Numbered from the stretch's first letter, positions 45,488 through 54,318 are shown. The stretch is 63,346 bases of DNA from an uncultured Bacillales bacterium (GCA_947648915.1 CANSPQ010000004.1:1-63346), one strand, 5' to 3'. Notes: a model not told the origin generated them from the letters alone. Translations and numbers: made by a program.

Positions 45488-45805
45488 ATGCAAATAAGTG
45501 ATGATTTAATTTCTAAGTTACGTAGATTTAGAAATGGTGTAATGGAAAGTTGTAGTATGGATATCCAAATGCCAGTATATATTATTCCCAATTCTCATCA
45601 TTGTAGTAATGCTACTTTTTTAAATAAAGGTTATTATAAAAAACATAATAATGATATTTGTCTGTGTAAAAATGGAGAAGATAATCCTGATTTCTGTATC
45701 CTAGAATGCGAAACATGTCACAATCAATTTTATTTGATGAATACAGGTGTTCAAAATTGGGACTCTTTTTCTGATAAATGCAAAGAAAAAGTAAATACTA
45801 GATAA
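45488..45805 (+). CDS. Hypothetical Cys-rich small protein
   Basis: ACAGGAGGAA RBS then ATG 45488. 105 aa with 9 Cys (CLCKNG...CILECETCHNQ). The longer track ORF from 45302 overlaps the KH gene and the terminator. Confidence 0.55.
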   Translation: MQISDDLISKLRRFRNGVMESCSMDIQMPVYIIPNSHHCSNATFLNKGYYKKHNNDICLCKNGEDNPDFCILECETCHNQFYLMNTGVQNWDSFSDKCKEKVNTR

Positions 45806-45869
45806 AGATTGACAACTATCCCTTTATAAATTATAATAGGATTCAATTTATAAGAATGGAAGAGATGTT

Positions 45870-47222
45870 ATGCAAAAGTATATAAAATTGGTGGATCAAA
45901 CAGAATTAAATATATTACAAGAAATGATCCAAAATGGGGAATTAAAAGAGTATCAAAAATTATATTCCATTTTAGAACAAGCAAAAGAAAAGATTATCAA
46001 GCTAAAAGATTATAATGTAGCAGATGTAATCAATTGTTTATCAAAGGAGTATATTGATAAGACAAGACAATTTGTGGATGAGAAAAAATGTCTTGGGATT
46101 TCAACAGGAATCCAAAATTATAAGGGACCAGAAATTAATGTATATTATGGAAAAACCAGTGGGTTGGAAAACGCAAAAGAAATTGATGAAACAGTTCGTT
46201 TTGATAGTGCAAGTGTAACTAAAATGTATACAGCATTACTTTATATTTATAAAAGTTATTTTAATAGATGCTCTTTAGATAGTAAAATATCCGATATCAA
46301 CCCAGAATTTCAACAAAAAACAACGTTACGTGAATTGCTGACTTTTTATCATATTTTTCAAACAGATGGTAAATTAGAACTTGTTTGTTCAAACGAAGAG
46401 GAAGCAATATCGTTATTAAAAAATGCTAAGATTATGAAAAGTCATACTTTTTATTATAGCGATATCCCCTATATGATTGCAGCGTTACTTGAACCAAAAT
46501 TTAAAATTTGGTTTGAAAAAATTTTTGTAGAGACAATGGGTTTAAATCAGACTGGCTATGTAGTAAAACCAGACGATATTATTACAGGTGGTTCTATGAA
46601 TGAGCTGAATCTTGTGCATGATCCAAAAGCAAGACTTTTACCTTATGCTGGGCATGCTGGAATATATACAACATCCCATGATTCTTTAAAATTATTCAAT
46701 TGGTTTTGTGAAATTCAAAATTCTTATTACTTCTATTCTAATCTTGCAACTCCATATTTTTTGAATGGTAATCATTTATTCTCTTGTTTTACTCCTAATG
46801 GTTTTGTACCCAAAGGATCAGGAAAAATGTGCTACCAAACCACTACACAAGAAATCAATGGGGAAAAAGTAACGCGATATAAACCAATATGGGTAAAAAA
46901 GGCAATGGGTGTTTACTGCAAGCATCCGCTTGGATTAGATGTGACAGATGTATTACCATATCAAGGTAAGTATGCTTTTGCTGCCGATGGATTTACGGGA
47001 TGTTGGTGTAATTATGATATAGAAAATAAAATGTCTGCAAATATTTTTACAAATCCATTATCAGGTAGTGAAGATGGTAAAAAATCGCAAGGGTATATAT
47101 GGATGCTAGATGGATTAAAAGAAAAATCAATCGAAACCTTGATTGCACTCAAATACGCACAAATTGTATTTGAAACATATTATGGTGCATCAGAAGATTT
47201 TCAAAAACGATATACAAAATAG
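45870..47222 (+). CDS. Serine hydrolase of the beta-lactamase/PBP-like family
   Basis: FDSASVTKMY (SxxK), a later YSD and HAG-like elements. 450 aa, with no signal peptide seen. Confidence 0.65.
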   Translation: MQKYIKLVDQTELNILQEMIQNGELKEYQKLYSILEQAKEKIIKLKDYNVADVINCLSKEYIDKTRQFVDEKKCLGISTGIQNYKGPEINVYYGKTSGLENAKEIDETVRFDSASVTKMYTALLYIYKSYFNRCSLDSKISDINPEFQQKTTLRELLTFYHIFQTDGKLELVCSNEEEAISLLKNAKIMKSHTFYYSDIPYMIAALLEPKFKIWFEKIFVETMGLNQTGYVVKPDDIITGGSMNELNLVHDPKARLLPYAGHAGIYTTSHDSLKLFNWFCEIQNSYYFYSNLATPYFLNGNHLFSCFTPNGFVPKGSGKMCYQTTTQEINGEKVTRYKPIWVKKAMGVYCKHPLGLDVTDVLPYQGKYAFAADGFTGCWCNYDIENKMSANIFTNPLSGSEDGKKSQGYIWMLDGLKEKSIETLIALKYAQIVFETYYGASEDFQKRYTK

Positions 47223-47250
47223 AGGAAAGTGACAAATTTTCCTTTTTCTT
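47223..47250 (+). terminator. Rho-independent terminator
   Basis: AGGAAA (47223-47228) pairs with TTTCCT (47238-47243), then TTTT. Confidence 0.65.
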
Positions 47251-47317
47251 ATGTTCAAAAATGAAAAATGTGTTTAAATTTCAAACAAAATCATGTATAA
47301 TGAATATGGTGAAGCAT

Positions 47318-48046
47318 ATGAAAATGAGTTTACACGATGTAGACGTTCATTATATCCAATATGGAGCAAAAAAAGACCCGATTGTATTTTTACATGGATG
47401 GGGACAAAATATAAAAATGATGCAACCAATCGCAGATCCGATGCAGGAAAATCATGAAATTGTGATAATTGATTTACCAGGATATGGAGAAAGTAGTGAG
47501 CCACCATTTTCTTGGACGGTTGCAGATTATGTCGAATGTATTCATGAACTACTACACAAACTAAACATAGAAAAACCAATATTGGTAGGACATTCCTTTG
47601 GAGGAAAAATTAGCTTACTATATGCAAGTAAATATCCTGTTACGAAAATGGTTTTATTTGGTTCCCCATTTAAAAAAGAAATTGAGAAATTATCTTTCAA
47701 AACAAAAACATTAAAAACGTTAAAAAAAGTACCAGGATTAAATAAATTGGAACAATTTGCAAAAAAACATATTGGTTCTACAGATTATCGAAATGCAAGT
47801 CCTAGAATGCGAGAAATTTTGGTCAACACAGTTAACTTAGATATTACAGATGATGTCAAACAAATTAAATGCCCAACATTAATTGTATGGGGGACTTTAG
47901 ATGAGGCAGTACCAGTAGAAAGAGCCTATGAATTAGAACAATTCATTCCCGATGCGGGTGTTGTTATTTATGAAAATGCAAGTCACTATGCTTATTTAGA
48001 ACAAATCGGAAAAACCATTTCTATTTTGCATAACTTTTTAGATTGA
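47318..48046 (+). CDS. Alpha/beta-fold hydrolase
   Basis: Extended -10 TGTATAAT at 47293-47300, GGTGAAG RBS, ATG 47318. HGWGQN, nucleophile elbow GHSFGG, C-terminal SHYAYLE. Confidence 0.8.
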   Translation: MKMSLHDVDVHYIQYGAKKDPIVFLHGWGQNIKMMQPIADPMQENHEIVIIDLPGYGESSEPPFSWTVADYVECIHELLHKLNIEKPILVGHSFGGKISLLYASKYPVTKMVLFGSPFKKEIEKLSFKTKTLKTLKKVPGLNKLEQFAKKHIGSTDYRNASPRMREILVNTVNLDITDDVKQIKCPTLIVWGTLDEAVPVERAYELEQFIPDAGVVIYENASHYAYLEQIGKTISILHNFLD

Positions 48047-48057
48047 GAGGTATTCGT

Positions 48058-49647
48058 ATGTTAGTAAAATTTATCATTTCACTCATTCCATTTGGAATTT
48101 ATTTATGGATCAAATCGAAGCATTCTGTTCATATGTTACAACAGAATTGGTATAATGAGGGAAACCGTTATATCAAATGGATTTGGAAAAACAAAAAAAT
48201 AGTTTTTTGTAGTTTAGAACTTTTATGCATAGTATGTGCATTTGGTTTTTTCTTAACAGATGTATGGACAATGGTTTTATTTGTAACCTTTTATACGGTA
48301 CTATCATTAATTCTTTTACACCAGGAAGGTAAGGCACAAAATAAATTACCTTTAAAATTTACCAAACGTGTAAAGCGTCTATTTGTAACAATTTATTTGG
48401 TTTATTTGATTCCAATTATTGTAATGATGATATTTTATCAAGAACAATATCTTATGATTTATTATTTCATCATAGGTATTATGGCATATATGAATTACTA
48501 TATGGTATATGTGGCAAATGGGATTAATCATCCGATTGAAAAAGCAATTAATCATAGTTTTAAACGAAAAGCAATCAAAAAATTAAATGCTATGAATATT
48601 AAAGTCATTGGAGTAACAGGTAGTTATGGTAAAACCAGTAGTAAAAATATTCTAAGTGACATTTTGAACATGAAATACAATGCCTTACCAACACCGAAAA
48701 ACTTCAATACACCATTAGGCTTAATTATAACAATTAATAACCATTTGGATAAATTCAATGATATTTTAATTGCTGAAATGGGTGCTTTCAAACAAGGAGA
48801 AATCAAAGAACTTTGTGATTTGGTTCATCCAAATTATGGAATTTTGACGAAAATTGGAACTGCACATTTAGAAAGTTTCGGTTCGCAAAAAAATATTCAA
48901 AAAGGAAAATTTGAATTGATTGAATCCTTACCGCAAGATGGAATTGGTGTTTTAAATGCTGATGATCCATTACAGGTAAGTTATCAATTAAAAAATACTT
49001 GCAAAATTGTATGGATTGGAATTGATAATGAAAAAGCGGATGTACGTGCCGAAAACATTAAATTAGGATTTGATGGTACTACATTTGATGTAAGATTTAA
49101 AGATACAGACAAAAAGTATAGTTTTACAACAAAATTACTAGGACAAGCAAATGTGTATAATATTTTAGCAGGAATTGCCTTAGGATATGAATTTGGAATG
49201 ACGATAGAACAATTACAAGCAGGAGTGAAAAAAGTAAAACCTGTAGAACACCGTTTAGAAATGAAAAAAATGGGGAATATAAATATAATAGATGATGCCT
49301 ATAATTCCAATCCTGTAGGTGCCAAAATGGCTTTAGATACACTTAAACTTATGCCAGGTAAAAAAATTGTCGTAACACCTGGAATGATTGAAATGGGAAT
49401 AGAGCAAGATAAGCTCAATGCAACATTTGGAGAACAGATTGCTGAGGTTGCAGATGCGGTTATTTTAGTAGGAGAAAAACAGACAGAACCAATATATCAG
49501 GCATTGATCAAAAAGAAGTATAAACAAGAAAATATTTATGTATTAAATGATGTAAAAATGGCATTTCCTTTGATGCAAACACTAAGTGAGAAAGATACTT
49601 ATGTTTTATTGGAAAACGATTTGCCAGATATTTTCAATGAGAGGTAG
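48058..49647 (+). CDS. murF: MurF-type Mur ligase (UDP-MurNAc-tripeptide:D-Ala-D-Ala ligase-like) whose N-terminal domain is replaced by about 5 TM segments
   Basis: Residues 1 to about 160 are hydrophobic helices. They are followed by VIGVTGSYGKTSSKNIL (P-loop), GAFKQGEI, GTAHLESFGS and DDAYNSNPVGAKMALDTL, as in MurF central and C-terminal domains. Confidence 0.7.
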   Translation: MLVKFIISLIPFGIYLWIKSKHSVHMLQQNWYNEGNRYIKWIWKNKKIVFCSLELLCIVCAFGFFLTDVWTMVLFVTFYTVLSLILLHQEGKAQNKLPLKFTKRVKRLFVTIYLVYLIPIIVMMIFYQEQYLMIYYFIIGIMAYMNYYMVYVANGINHPIEKAINHSFKRKAIKKLNAMNIKVIGVTGSYGKTSSKNILSDILNMKYNALPTPKNFNTPLGLIITINNHLDKFNDILIAEMGAFKQGEIKELCDLVHPNYGILTKIGTAHLESFGSQKNIQKGKFELIESLPQDGIGVLNADDPLQVSYQLKNTCKIVWIGIDNEKADVRAENIKLGFDGTTFDVRFKDTDKKYSFTTKLLGQANVYNILAGIALGYEFGMTIEQLQAGVKKVKPVEHRLEMKKMGNINIIDDAYNSNPVGAKMALDTLKLMPGKKIVVTPGMIEMGIEQDKLNATFGEQIAEVADAVILVGEKQTEPIYQALIKKKYKQENIYVLNDVKMAFPLMQTLSEKDTYVLLENDLPDIFNER

Positions 49648-49655
49648 TGAATTTT

Positions 49656-50852
49656 ATGAAAATTAAAGTAGGAGTTATTTTTGGTGGGGAAAGTGTAGAA
49701 CATGAGGTAAGTATCATTACTGCTGTTCAGGCAATGGAACATATGGATCAAAATAAATATGACATTGTTCCAATATATGTTTCCAAAGATCGTACTTGGT
49801 ATACAGGTAAAATGCTAATGGAAATGGATGTGTATCGCGATTTTGATACTTTAAAAAGATACGCAAAAAAAGTAATGTTAGTCAAAACAGAAAATGGCTT
49901 TTTTCTACAATCAACGAAGGGATTATTCCACCGCAATGTAGCAGAATTAGATATTGCTTTTCCAATTGTACATGGAAAAGGTGCAGAGGATGGTTCTCTA
50001 GCTGGTTTCTTAGATTTTATTGGAATTCCATATGTAGGTTGTAATGTATTAGGAGCAACATTAGGTCAAGATAAAGTGGTACAAAGACAGTTGATGGAAT
50101 TAAATCAAATTCCTGTTCCTAAATACACATGGTTTTATGATACAGAATATTTAATAGATAGTGCTTCTATTACCAAAGAAGTGAAAAAACTAGGTTATCC
50201 TGTGATTGTAAAGCCTGCGAAACTAGGAAGTAGTATTGGAATTTCAATCGCCACATCTGCAAAAGAATTGGATCAATGTATTACAGAAGCAATTACTTAT
50301 GATAATAAAATTATTGTAGAACAAGTAATTCCCAATTTATTAGAAGTGAACTGTAGTGTATTTGGTAATTATGAATATCAAGAAACTTCTCAGCTAGCAG
50401 AAATGTTAACCAAAAATCAATTTTTAACTTTTGACGATAAATATCTTTCAGGTGGTAAAGGGAAAACAAAGATGGGTATGAAAGCATCTGGTAAAATGTC
50501 AACAAGTGAGATGGTAATACCCGCTAGAATCTCTAAAAAGGTAGAACAAAAAGTAAGAGATCTTTCCATTCAAACATTCCGTGCTCTCAATTTAGCGGGA
50601 ACAGTTCGTATAGATTTTTTAATCAATCGTGAAACAGAGGAAGTATATGTCAATGAACCAAATACAATCCCAGGAAGTTTAGCTTTTTATCTATGGAGAG
50701 ATACGAAAGATTACACTACATTATTGGATGATATGATCACCGCTGCAATTAAAGATTATAAAAATGCAAATAAAAAAACCACTTCATTTGACAGTAATAT
50801 CTTAAGTACCTTCAATGGTTCAAAAGGTATGAAAAGCAAACTCAGAAGTTAA
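49656..50852 (+). CDS. ddl: D-alanine--D-alanine ligase (long form)
   Basis: MKIKVGVIFGGESVEHEVSIITA, HGKGAEDGSLAGFLDFIGIPYVG, ATP-grasp core PVIVKPAKLGSSIGIS, VNEPNTIPGSLAFYLW. An insertion ...YLSGGKGKTKMGMKASGKMSTSE... brings it to about 398 aa. Confidence 0.9.
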   Translation: MKIKVGVIFGGESVEHEVSIITAVQAMEHMDQNKYDIVPIYVSKDRTWYTGKMLMEMDVYRDFDTLKRYAKKVMLVKTENGFFLQSTKGLFHRNVAELDIAFPIVHGKGAEDGSLAGFLDFIGIPYVGCNVLGATLGQDKVVQRQLMELNQIPVPKYTWFYDTEYLIDSASITKEVKKLGYPVIVKPAKLGSSIGISIATSAKELDQCITEAITYDNKIIVEQVIPNLLEVNCSVFGNYEYQETSQLAEMLTKNQFLTFDDKYLSGGKGKTKMGMKASGKMSTSEMVIPARISKKVEQKVRDLSIQTFRALNLAGTVRIDFLINRETEEVYVNEPNTIPGSLAFYLWRDTKDYTTLLDDMITAAIKDYKNANKKTTSFDSNILSTFNGSKGMKSKLRS

Positions 50853-50881
50853 AAATGAAAGAAATTGACTTTCTTTTTTTC

Positions 50882-51091
50882 TTATTGATTTTTAAAAGAA
50901 TCATCTATTAGTTTTCCAAATGTTTCTAACTTTTTTAAATATAAATCATATTCTTGATCCAATAATTTAGAAACTTCAGTTTCTTTGTTTTCTATTACAT
51001 CTTTATAGTGTTCTGAATAAAAGTTATCTAATGGTTTTAAAATGTTCTGTTGATAATCTTTGATTAGATCTTCATTTTTGTAATTGTTCAT
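50882..51091 (-). CDS. Small helical hypothetical protein, divergent from the XRE gene
   Basis: GGGAGG at 51109-51104. ATG 51091 (MNNYKNEDL...) is the best-spaced start; 51103 is an alternative. Confidence 0.45.
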   Translation of the reverse strand: MNNYKNEDLIKDYQQNILKPLDNFYSEHYKDVIENKETEVSKLLDQEYDLYLKKLETFGKLIDDSFKNQ

Positions 51092-51217
51092 CGTTATTTT
51101 CATCCTCCCAAATCGAATTATCTTAAATATTATAGGCATTAGATACATATAACAATTAGTATACAATACCATTCATATTTATAAAAAATAGGGGTATCTT
51201 AATAAGTAGGTGATACC

Positions 51218-51496
51218 ATGAATCAAATTAATTCTCAACATGTGAAAACAGTGTTTGGCAAAAATGTGAAGTACTATCGATTTTTGAAAAAACTAACACA
51301 GGAACAATTGGCAGAGAAAATAGATATTGATATTACTTCTATTAGTGATATTGAATGCGGTGCGAGAGGGGTACAATTTGAAACAATTGCAAAACTTTGT
51401 AATACATTAGAAGTTAAAGTAAGCCAATTATTCGATGAAGAAATACTAGATAAGAATATTCCCAATGATATTCGCGATTTTTATATGAACCAATAA
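51218..51496 (+). CDS. XRE-family HTH transcriptional regulator
   Basis: LTQEQLAEKIDIDITSISDIECG. A hairpin terminator AACCAATAA/TTATTGGTT follows at about 51487-51510. Confidence 0.85.
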   Translation: MNQINSQHVKTVFGKNVKYYRFLKKLTQEQLAEKIDIDITSISDIECGARGVQFETIAKLCNTLEVKVSQLFDEEILDKNIPNDIRDFYMNQ

Positions 51497-51614
51497 ACCT
51501 TATTGGTTTATTTTATTATAACATAGATTATTAAAATAAATACAACAAAATTCGTTCAGTTCACTGATAGCGACTTTAATTTTCTGATTATGGGAAAATT
51601 AGAGTGGTGGTAGT

Positions 51615-52064
51615 ATGAACTTAAAAAGATTAAAAGATTTACGAGAAGATAACGATTTCACACAAGTAGAGTTAGCTGAAAAACTAAATTGTAATCCAAA
51701 CACTTATTCTAGTTGGGAGAATGGTTATGCTTTGATTCCAATTACATATTTAGATCAATTATCCTGTCTTTACGGTGTATCTTTTGGATATTTATTAGGA
51801 ATTACCAAAACAAAAAATCCCAAGATAGGAAAGTTAGATATGCAAGTACTAAGAGAACATATGAAACAAGAGAGAAAGAAAAGGAAGCTGACGCAAGAGA
51901 ATATTGCCAAAATTTTAAAAGTAGGTAAAACAACCTATCATGATTATGAAACAGGAAAATACGATATTAAGATTGATAAGTTAGTAATGCTTGTAAATTA
52001 TTACAAAATAGACATTGATGTATTTTGCGGAAAAATAAAAGAAAGTGAAACATTTACAAAATAA
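51615..52064 (+). CDS. Tandem-HTH XRE-family regulator (two HTH_3 modules)
   Basis: FTQVELAEKLNCNPNTYSSWENG and LTQENIAKILKVGKTTYHDYETG in one 149-aa protein. Confidence 0.85.
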   Translation: MNLKRLKDLREDNDFTQVELAEKLNCNPNTYSSWENGYALIPITYLDQLSCLYGVSFGYLLGITKTKNPKIGKLDMQVLREHMKQERKKRKLTQENIAKILKVGKTTYHDYETGKYDIKIDKLVMLVNYYKIDIDVFCGKIKESETFTK

Positions 52065-52080
52065 TTTTTTATGATATAAT
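52053..52080 (+). promoter_or_regulatory. Promoter inside the 3' end of the tandem-HTH gene, predicted to give a leaderless or near-leaderless kinase-like mRNA
   Basis: TTTACA (52053-52058), 16-nt spacer with TG, TATAAT (52075-52080). The first start codons (GTG 52089, ATG 52092/52098) lie 9-18 nt downstream with no SD. Confidence 0.45.
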
Positions 52081-52088
52081 AGATTCCT

Positions 52089-52877
52089 GTGATGTATATG
52101 AAATGTTTACCTAATATAGAAATAACAAAGGAACAACTAAAATATGGAAGAGAGCAAATTAGTTTTGATTCTGGTGCCGAAAGTATACTATACGAGCTTC
52201 CTTCCATTTTTGGTTCTGGAACAGTTGCCAAAATTTGGAAAAACGGAAGACAAGAGGTAATACAGAATAAATTTGAAAAGATCAAAAGGTTGTACCAAAT
52301 TGAAGAACTAAGAAAAATAAATGATATTACAATTTTGAAGTCCATTTCATGTAATGGTGACATTATAGGATATTTGACCAATAGAGTTTTTTATCACCCA
52401 ATGGCTAAGGGTAACTTCACGCGAATAGAAAAATTAAAGTATTTGCTACTAGCACGTCAAAAATTACAGCAATTTTTAGATCTAGGAATATTGTATGGAG
52501 ATATTTCTAATAAAAATATCTTAGTATCAAAAAATGATGTGTGTTTCTGTGATTTAGATAATGTGGCGTATCAAGAATTGAAAATGGACATTGAACCACT
52601 AATTTTAGATTATTTTTTAAGTGATTATGGAAAATTGGATGAGAAGGCAATATCCTATATGTATAATATATTTACAATAAAAATATTATGTTCATTAAAG
52701 GAAAATCAAGATGTGGAACAATATTTTAAAACAGAAAAAGTACCCCACGAATTGTTACTTGGAGCATATTATTCTATTAGGTACCAAATGATGCATGTAA
52801 AACCTTGGTATGAAGAACACTATTTTATTGACTATATCAAAAATAAATATAAAAAGAGAGTTACGAATCCATTTTAA
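52089..52877 (+). CDS. Minimal protein-kinase-fold protein (RIO/Bud32/Kdo-kinase-like motifs)
   Basis: VAKIWK (beta3 Lys candidate), ILYGDISNKNILV (catalytic loop D..N) and CFCDLDNV (DFG-equivalent) in the canonical order and spacing. About 260 aa. The exact start is ambiguous. Confidence 0.5.
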   Translation: MMYMKCLPNIEITKEQLKYGREQISFDSGAESILYELPSIFGSGTVAKIWKNGRQEVIQNKFEKIKRLYQIEELRKINDITILKSISCNGDIIGYLTNRVFYHPMAKGNFTRIEKLKYLLLARQKLQQFLDLGILYGDISNKNILVSKNDVCFCDLDNVAYQELKMDIEPLILDYFLSDYGKLDEKAISYMYNIFTIKILCSLKENQDVEQYFKTEKVPHELLLGAYYSIRYQMMHVKPWYEEHYFIDYIKNKYKKRVTNPF

Positions 52878-54318
52878 TAGAATGACTGCTGGGGCCTCTA
52901 ATGATATTGCCATCAACATCAAAACGAGAACTATGACATGGACAATCCCATGTTTTTTCTTGTTCATTAAAAATGAGATGACACTTCATATGAGGACAAG
53001 TATTTAAAACTTTATGTCTAACACCGTTTTCATCAATATAGATACCAACTCTTATTCCATTTTCATAGATGACACAAACATGATTTTGATAAAATTTAGG
53101 ATTTTTAATAAGCGTTGTCTGTAAGTAAACCTTTCCATATCGAACACCATCTACTAAAAAATGCATAGAACGTACAAGATTCCAATTTCTTTTGATTGCA
53201 AATAAATCTTCATAAGGGGAAGTTCCTTTTTGAATGATGTCAGCAATCACCTGTCCTGCTAACACACCATTGGTCATTCCCCAAGTCTGAAAACCAGTGG
53301 CAAGCAAAAGATGAGATCCTTTTTCCGTTTCGCCAATAAAGGGAAGACCATCATTGGGAATAATGTCTTGATTGAACCATATACAATCAATCTTTGTCTG
53401 AAAATGATTTTGAAAACGTGTCTTGAAATTCTCAAAATTTTTGCCATCATCTAAATGGTTCGTAAGTGCATGCGCATAACTTCCATATAAAAGATAGTTT
53501 TTATGATAACGAATAGAGTGCATTGGAACTCCTGTTGTAATACAAGAAAGAGATAATGGATTTTTGGTAGATGATGCAATGACATAAGATTTTTCAATAT
53601 GTGTTTTCAGGGGAATGTATCCAGGGTTTATAAAAAAAGGATAGTGTGTACAAACAACTACGTAATTTGCTTGGATGTCGCCAATATTTGTTCTAATGAG
53701 ATAACCATCTTCTTTTTTATTCAATTCTATTGCACATACATTTTCATGGATGGTAACTTTATGCTCTATTAATTTTTTTAGACCATATACATATTTTAAT
53801 GGATGAAATACGGCGCCCTCAACTTCCAAACCATATTGGATGGAAATTGGAAGGGGAAGATCATTTATGGTGGTGTAAGGAACATTCCATTCTTTTAAAA
53901 ATTTTTCTTCTTTTTTGAGTTTGGATACTTGTTTTTTTGTAGAGGCTAAAATATACTCCTTTACCTTTTCATAATCACAATTGAGTTGATAGTCTTTAAT
54001 AATTGTTTCAATCTAGTGAAATGCTTCTACTTGTGATTCATAGTATTTTTTAGCAGCTTCCTTTCCATGCATAGATGCAATTTTTGAGTAGGGAAGCTCT
54101 TGTAAATAGGATATTTTAGCGGTTGTATATGCAGTGGCTCCAAAACCAATGGTCCCTTTATCAATTAAAAGAATGTCATAATTACTATCTTTTAAAGCAA
54201 ATGCAGTAGATATTCCCGTAATACCACCACCAATGATACAAATATCTACTTTTTTCTTTTCTAAAATAGGTTTTTTTGTATTTTTTAAAAATCCCTGTAA
54301 CCAAAGAGAATTATTCAT
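52861..54318 (-). pseudogene. FAD-dependent oxidoreductase with C-terminal Rieske [2Fe-2S] domain, interrupted by one in-frame TAG
   Basis: N-terminal VDICIIGGGITGISTAFAL (FAD GxGxxG). C-terminal CPHMKCHL...CPCHSSRFD (Rieske CxH...CxxH). ORFs 54318-54013 and 53829-52861 share a frame. The only stop between them is TAG (complement of 54010-54012). Confidence 0.75.

Noticed and set aside
50882-52877. The XRE-containing islet as a prophage or integrative element.
   Set aside because: I found no integrase, excisionase, replication, structural or lysis genes, and no flanking direct repeats. It is treated only as a small accessory cassette.
54010-54012. The in-frame TAG as programmed recoding (for example pyrrolysine).
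   Set aside because: No pyl genes or recoding signal are visible in the window, and the lineage is not one where Pyl is expected. A nonsense mutation or sequencing error is the simpler explanation.
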